DNA of 62,357 nt, the filler included. It is 3 parts of 3 records of this genome, joined end to end, with 100 filler letters (N's around TTAATTAATTAA, not from the genome) between each part and the next. Parts side by side here need not be neighbours in the genome. Positions count along the whole stretch, not along the records: positions 49,112 to 62,357 come from SRR20825006_301; 2 more parts are not named here. One strand, 5' to 3'. The notes under the pieces are model-generated. The model saw nothing but the letters and a program-made list of their open reading frames with translations. It searched no databases and was not told the DNA's origin. The first letter of the stretch is position 1. Each line of letters starts with the position of its first letter. A program made the position numbers and the translations under genes. Shown here piece by piece: positions 61,645-62,357 of the stretch.

Positions 61645-62112
61645 ATGGCTAAACGTTGGATCTCAGCTCTGGCTGTCCTGTTGGTCGCTGCCACCACCGT
61701 GGTTGCTGCGGACGCCGTGGAGAAAACCGTGGACCTGAAAGACGTGAAGTGCGTCGTCGCTCCACGTGATGCTCAAGCGAGCAAGTCAGCCGAATACAAA
61801 GAAGGCAAGGTGTTCTTCTGCTGCAACGGTTGCGAAGGCAAATTCACCAAGACACCTGAGAAGTTCGCAACTCAGGCCAACCGCCAACTGGTTCAAACCA
61901 AACAGTACGAACAGAAGGCATGCCCATTCAGTGGCGGCAAAGTGAACCCTGAAACGTTGATCACTGTCGACGGAGCCAAGGTTGCCTTCTGCTGCAACGG
62001 CTGCAAAGGCAAGGTCGAAGGCACCGAAGAAAAGAAGCAAGCTGAATTGGTCTTCAACGACAAAGCGTTCAGCAAAGGTTTTCAAAAGAAAGCCGACAAG
62101 ACCGACGGTTGA
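61645..62112 (+). CDS. Exported protein with duplicated YHS/TRASH-like C...FCCNGC motifs
   Basis: Signal peptide; KCVV...KVFFCCNGC and CPFSG...KVAFCCNGC. Confidence 0.8.
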   Translation: MAKRWISALAVLLVAATTVVAADAVEKTVDLKDVKCVVAPRDAQASKSAEYKEGKVFFCCNGCEGKFTKTPEKFATQANRQLVQTKQYEQKACPFSGGKVNPETLITVDGAKVAFCCNGCKGKVEGTEEKKQAELVFNDKAFSKGFQKKADKTDG

Positions 62113-62138
62113 TAGAACGTTGCATCGCTCAAAAAACG

Positions 62139-62170
62139 AAACCCAGTTGGAATCCCCAACTGGGTTTTTT
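62139..62170 (+). terminator. Intrinsic terminator
   Basis: aaacccagttgg-aatcc-ccaactgggttt followed by ttt. Confidence 0.85.
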
Positions 62171-62289
62171 CGTAGCAACGGTTCTCTCCAGTCAACGGCT
62201 CCGAATCGCGACAAAGCCCGCAACTCCAATTTCACCCGTCACCGACAGACGCCCCCAGTCACCCCGCTCTGTCTCCGCCCCCATGACCC

Positions 62290-62357
62290 GTAGCCGACTG
62301 AGGCCCTCAGTCGGCCGCTCAACCAACCGTAACCGACTGAGGCCCTCAGTCGGCCCG
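62290..62357 (+). repeat. Tandem GTAG-type REP palindromes (39-nt period) running off the contig end
   Basis: GTAG or GTAA followed by CCGACTGAG-gcc-CTCAGTCGG, twice. Confidence 0.75.

Noticed and set aside
62290-62357. CRISPR array
   Set aside because: Only two units with about 14 nt between them, a REP-type GTAG hairpin form, and no cas genes in view.

Overview
The window is three unrelated contigs joined by 100-nt N/TTAATTAATTAA linkers at 24313-24412 and 49012-49111. Contig 1 (1-24312) is a GC-rich alphaproteobacterium, Rhodospirillales-like by inference. It carries a TRAP transporter; a minus-strand run of TTT transporter, dgcN/dgcA-like genes, methyltransferase, acyl-CoA dehydrogenase and CoA-transferase; aspartate dehydrogenase; a DUF1217 protein with a large flagellin-like insert; GGT; FliL; and a cupredoxin-hybrid kinase-receiver unit. 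Contig 2 (24413-49011) is a lower-GC Hyphomicrobiales-type alphaproteobacterium, Maritalea/Devosia-like by inference. It carries rsmD, a pseudouridine synthase, lspA, ileS, ribF, cheY-cheZ, a degenerate EAL protein, a sigma-54 activator, glycosyltransferases, CIRCE-groESL, a globin-coupled chemoreceptor and hisS-hisZ-hisG. Contig 3 (49112-62357) is a planctomycete, Rhodopirellula-like by inference. It carries a DabB-like membrane protein, regulators, a Tad-like protein, a TPR-ExbB-ExbD-prenyltransferase-fold operon, a DegT aminotransferase and REP-like repeats. The three best leads are: (i) an ExbBD motor coupled to a TonB/TolA-like protein (SxxxH helix, Pro/acidic linker) ending in a terpene-cyclase-like barrel, next to a CpoB-like TPR protein; (ii) an unannotated Ile-rich leader peptide with attenuator-like hairpins upstream of ileS; (iii) a DUF1217 protein split by tandem flagellin-like modules. 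No rRNA, tRNA, transposase or CRISPR array was recognised. All family calls come from reading motifs by eye, not from database searches.
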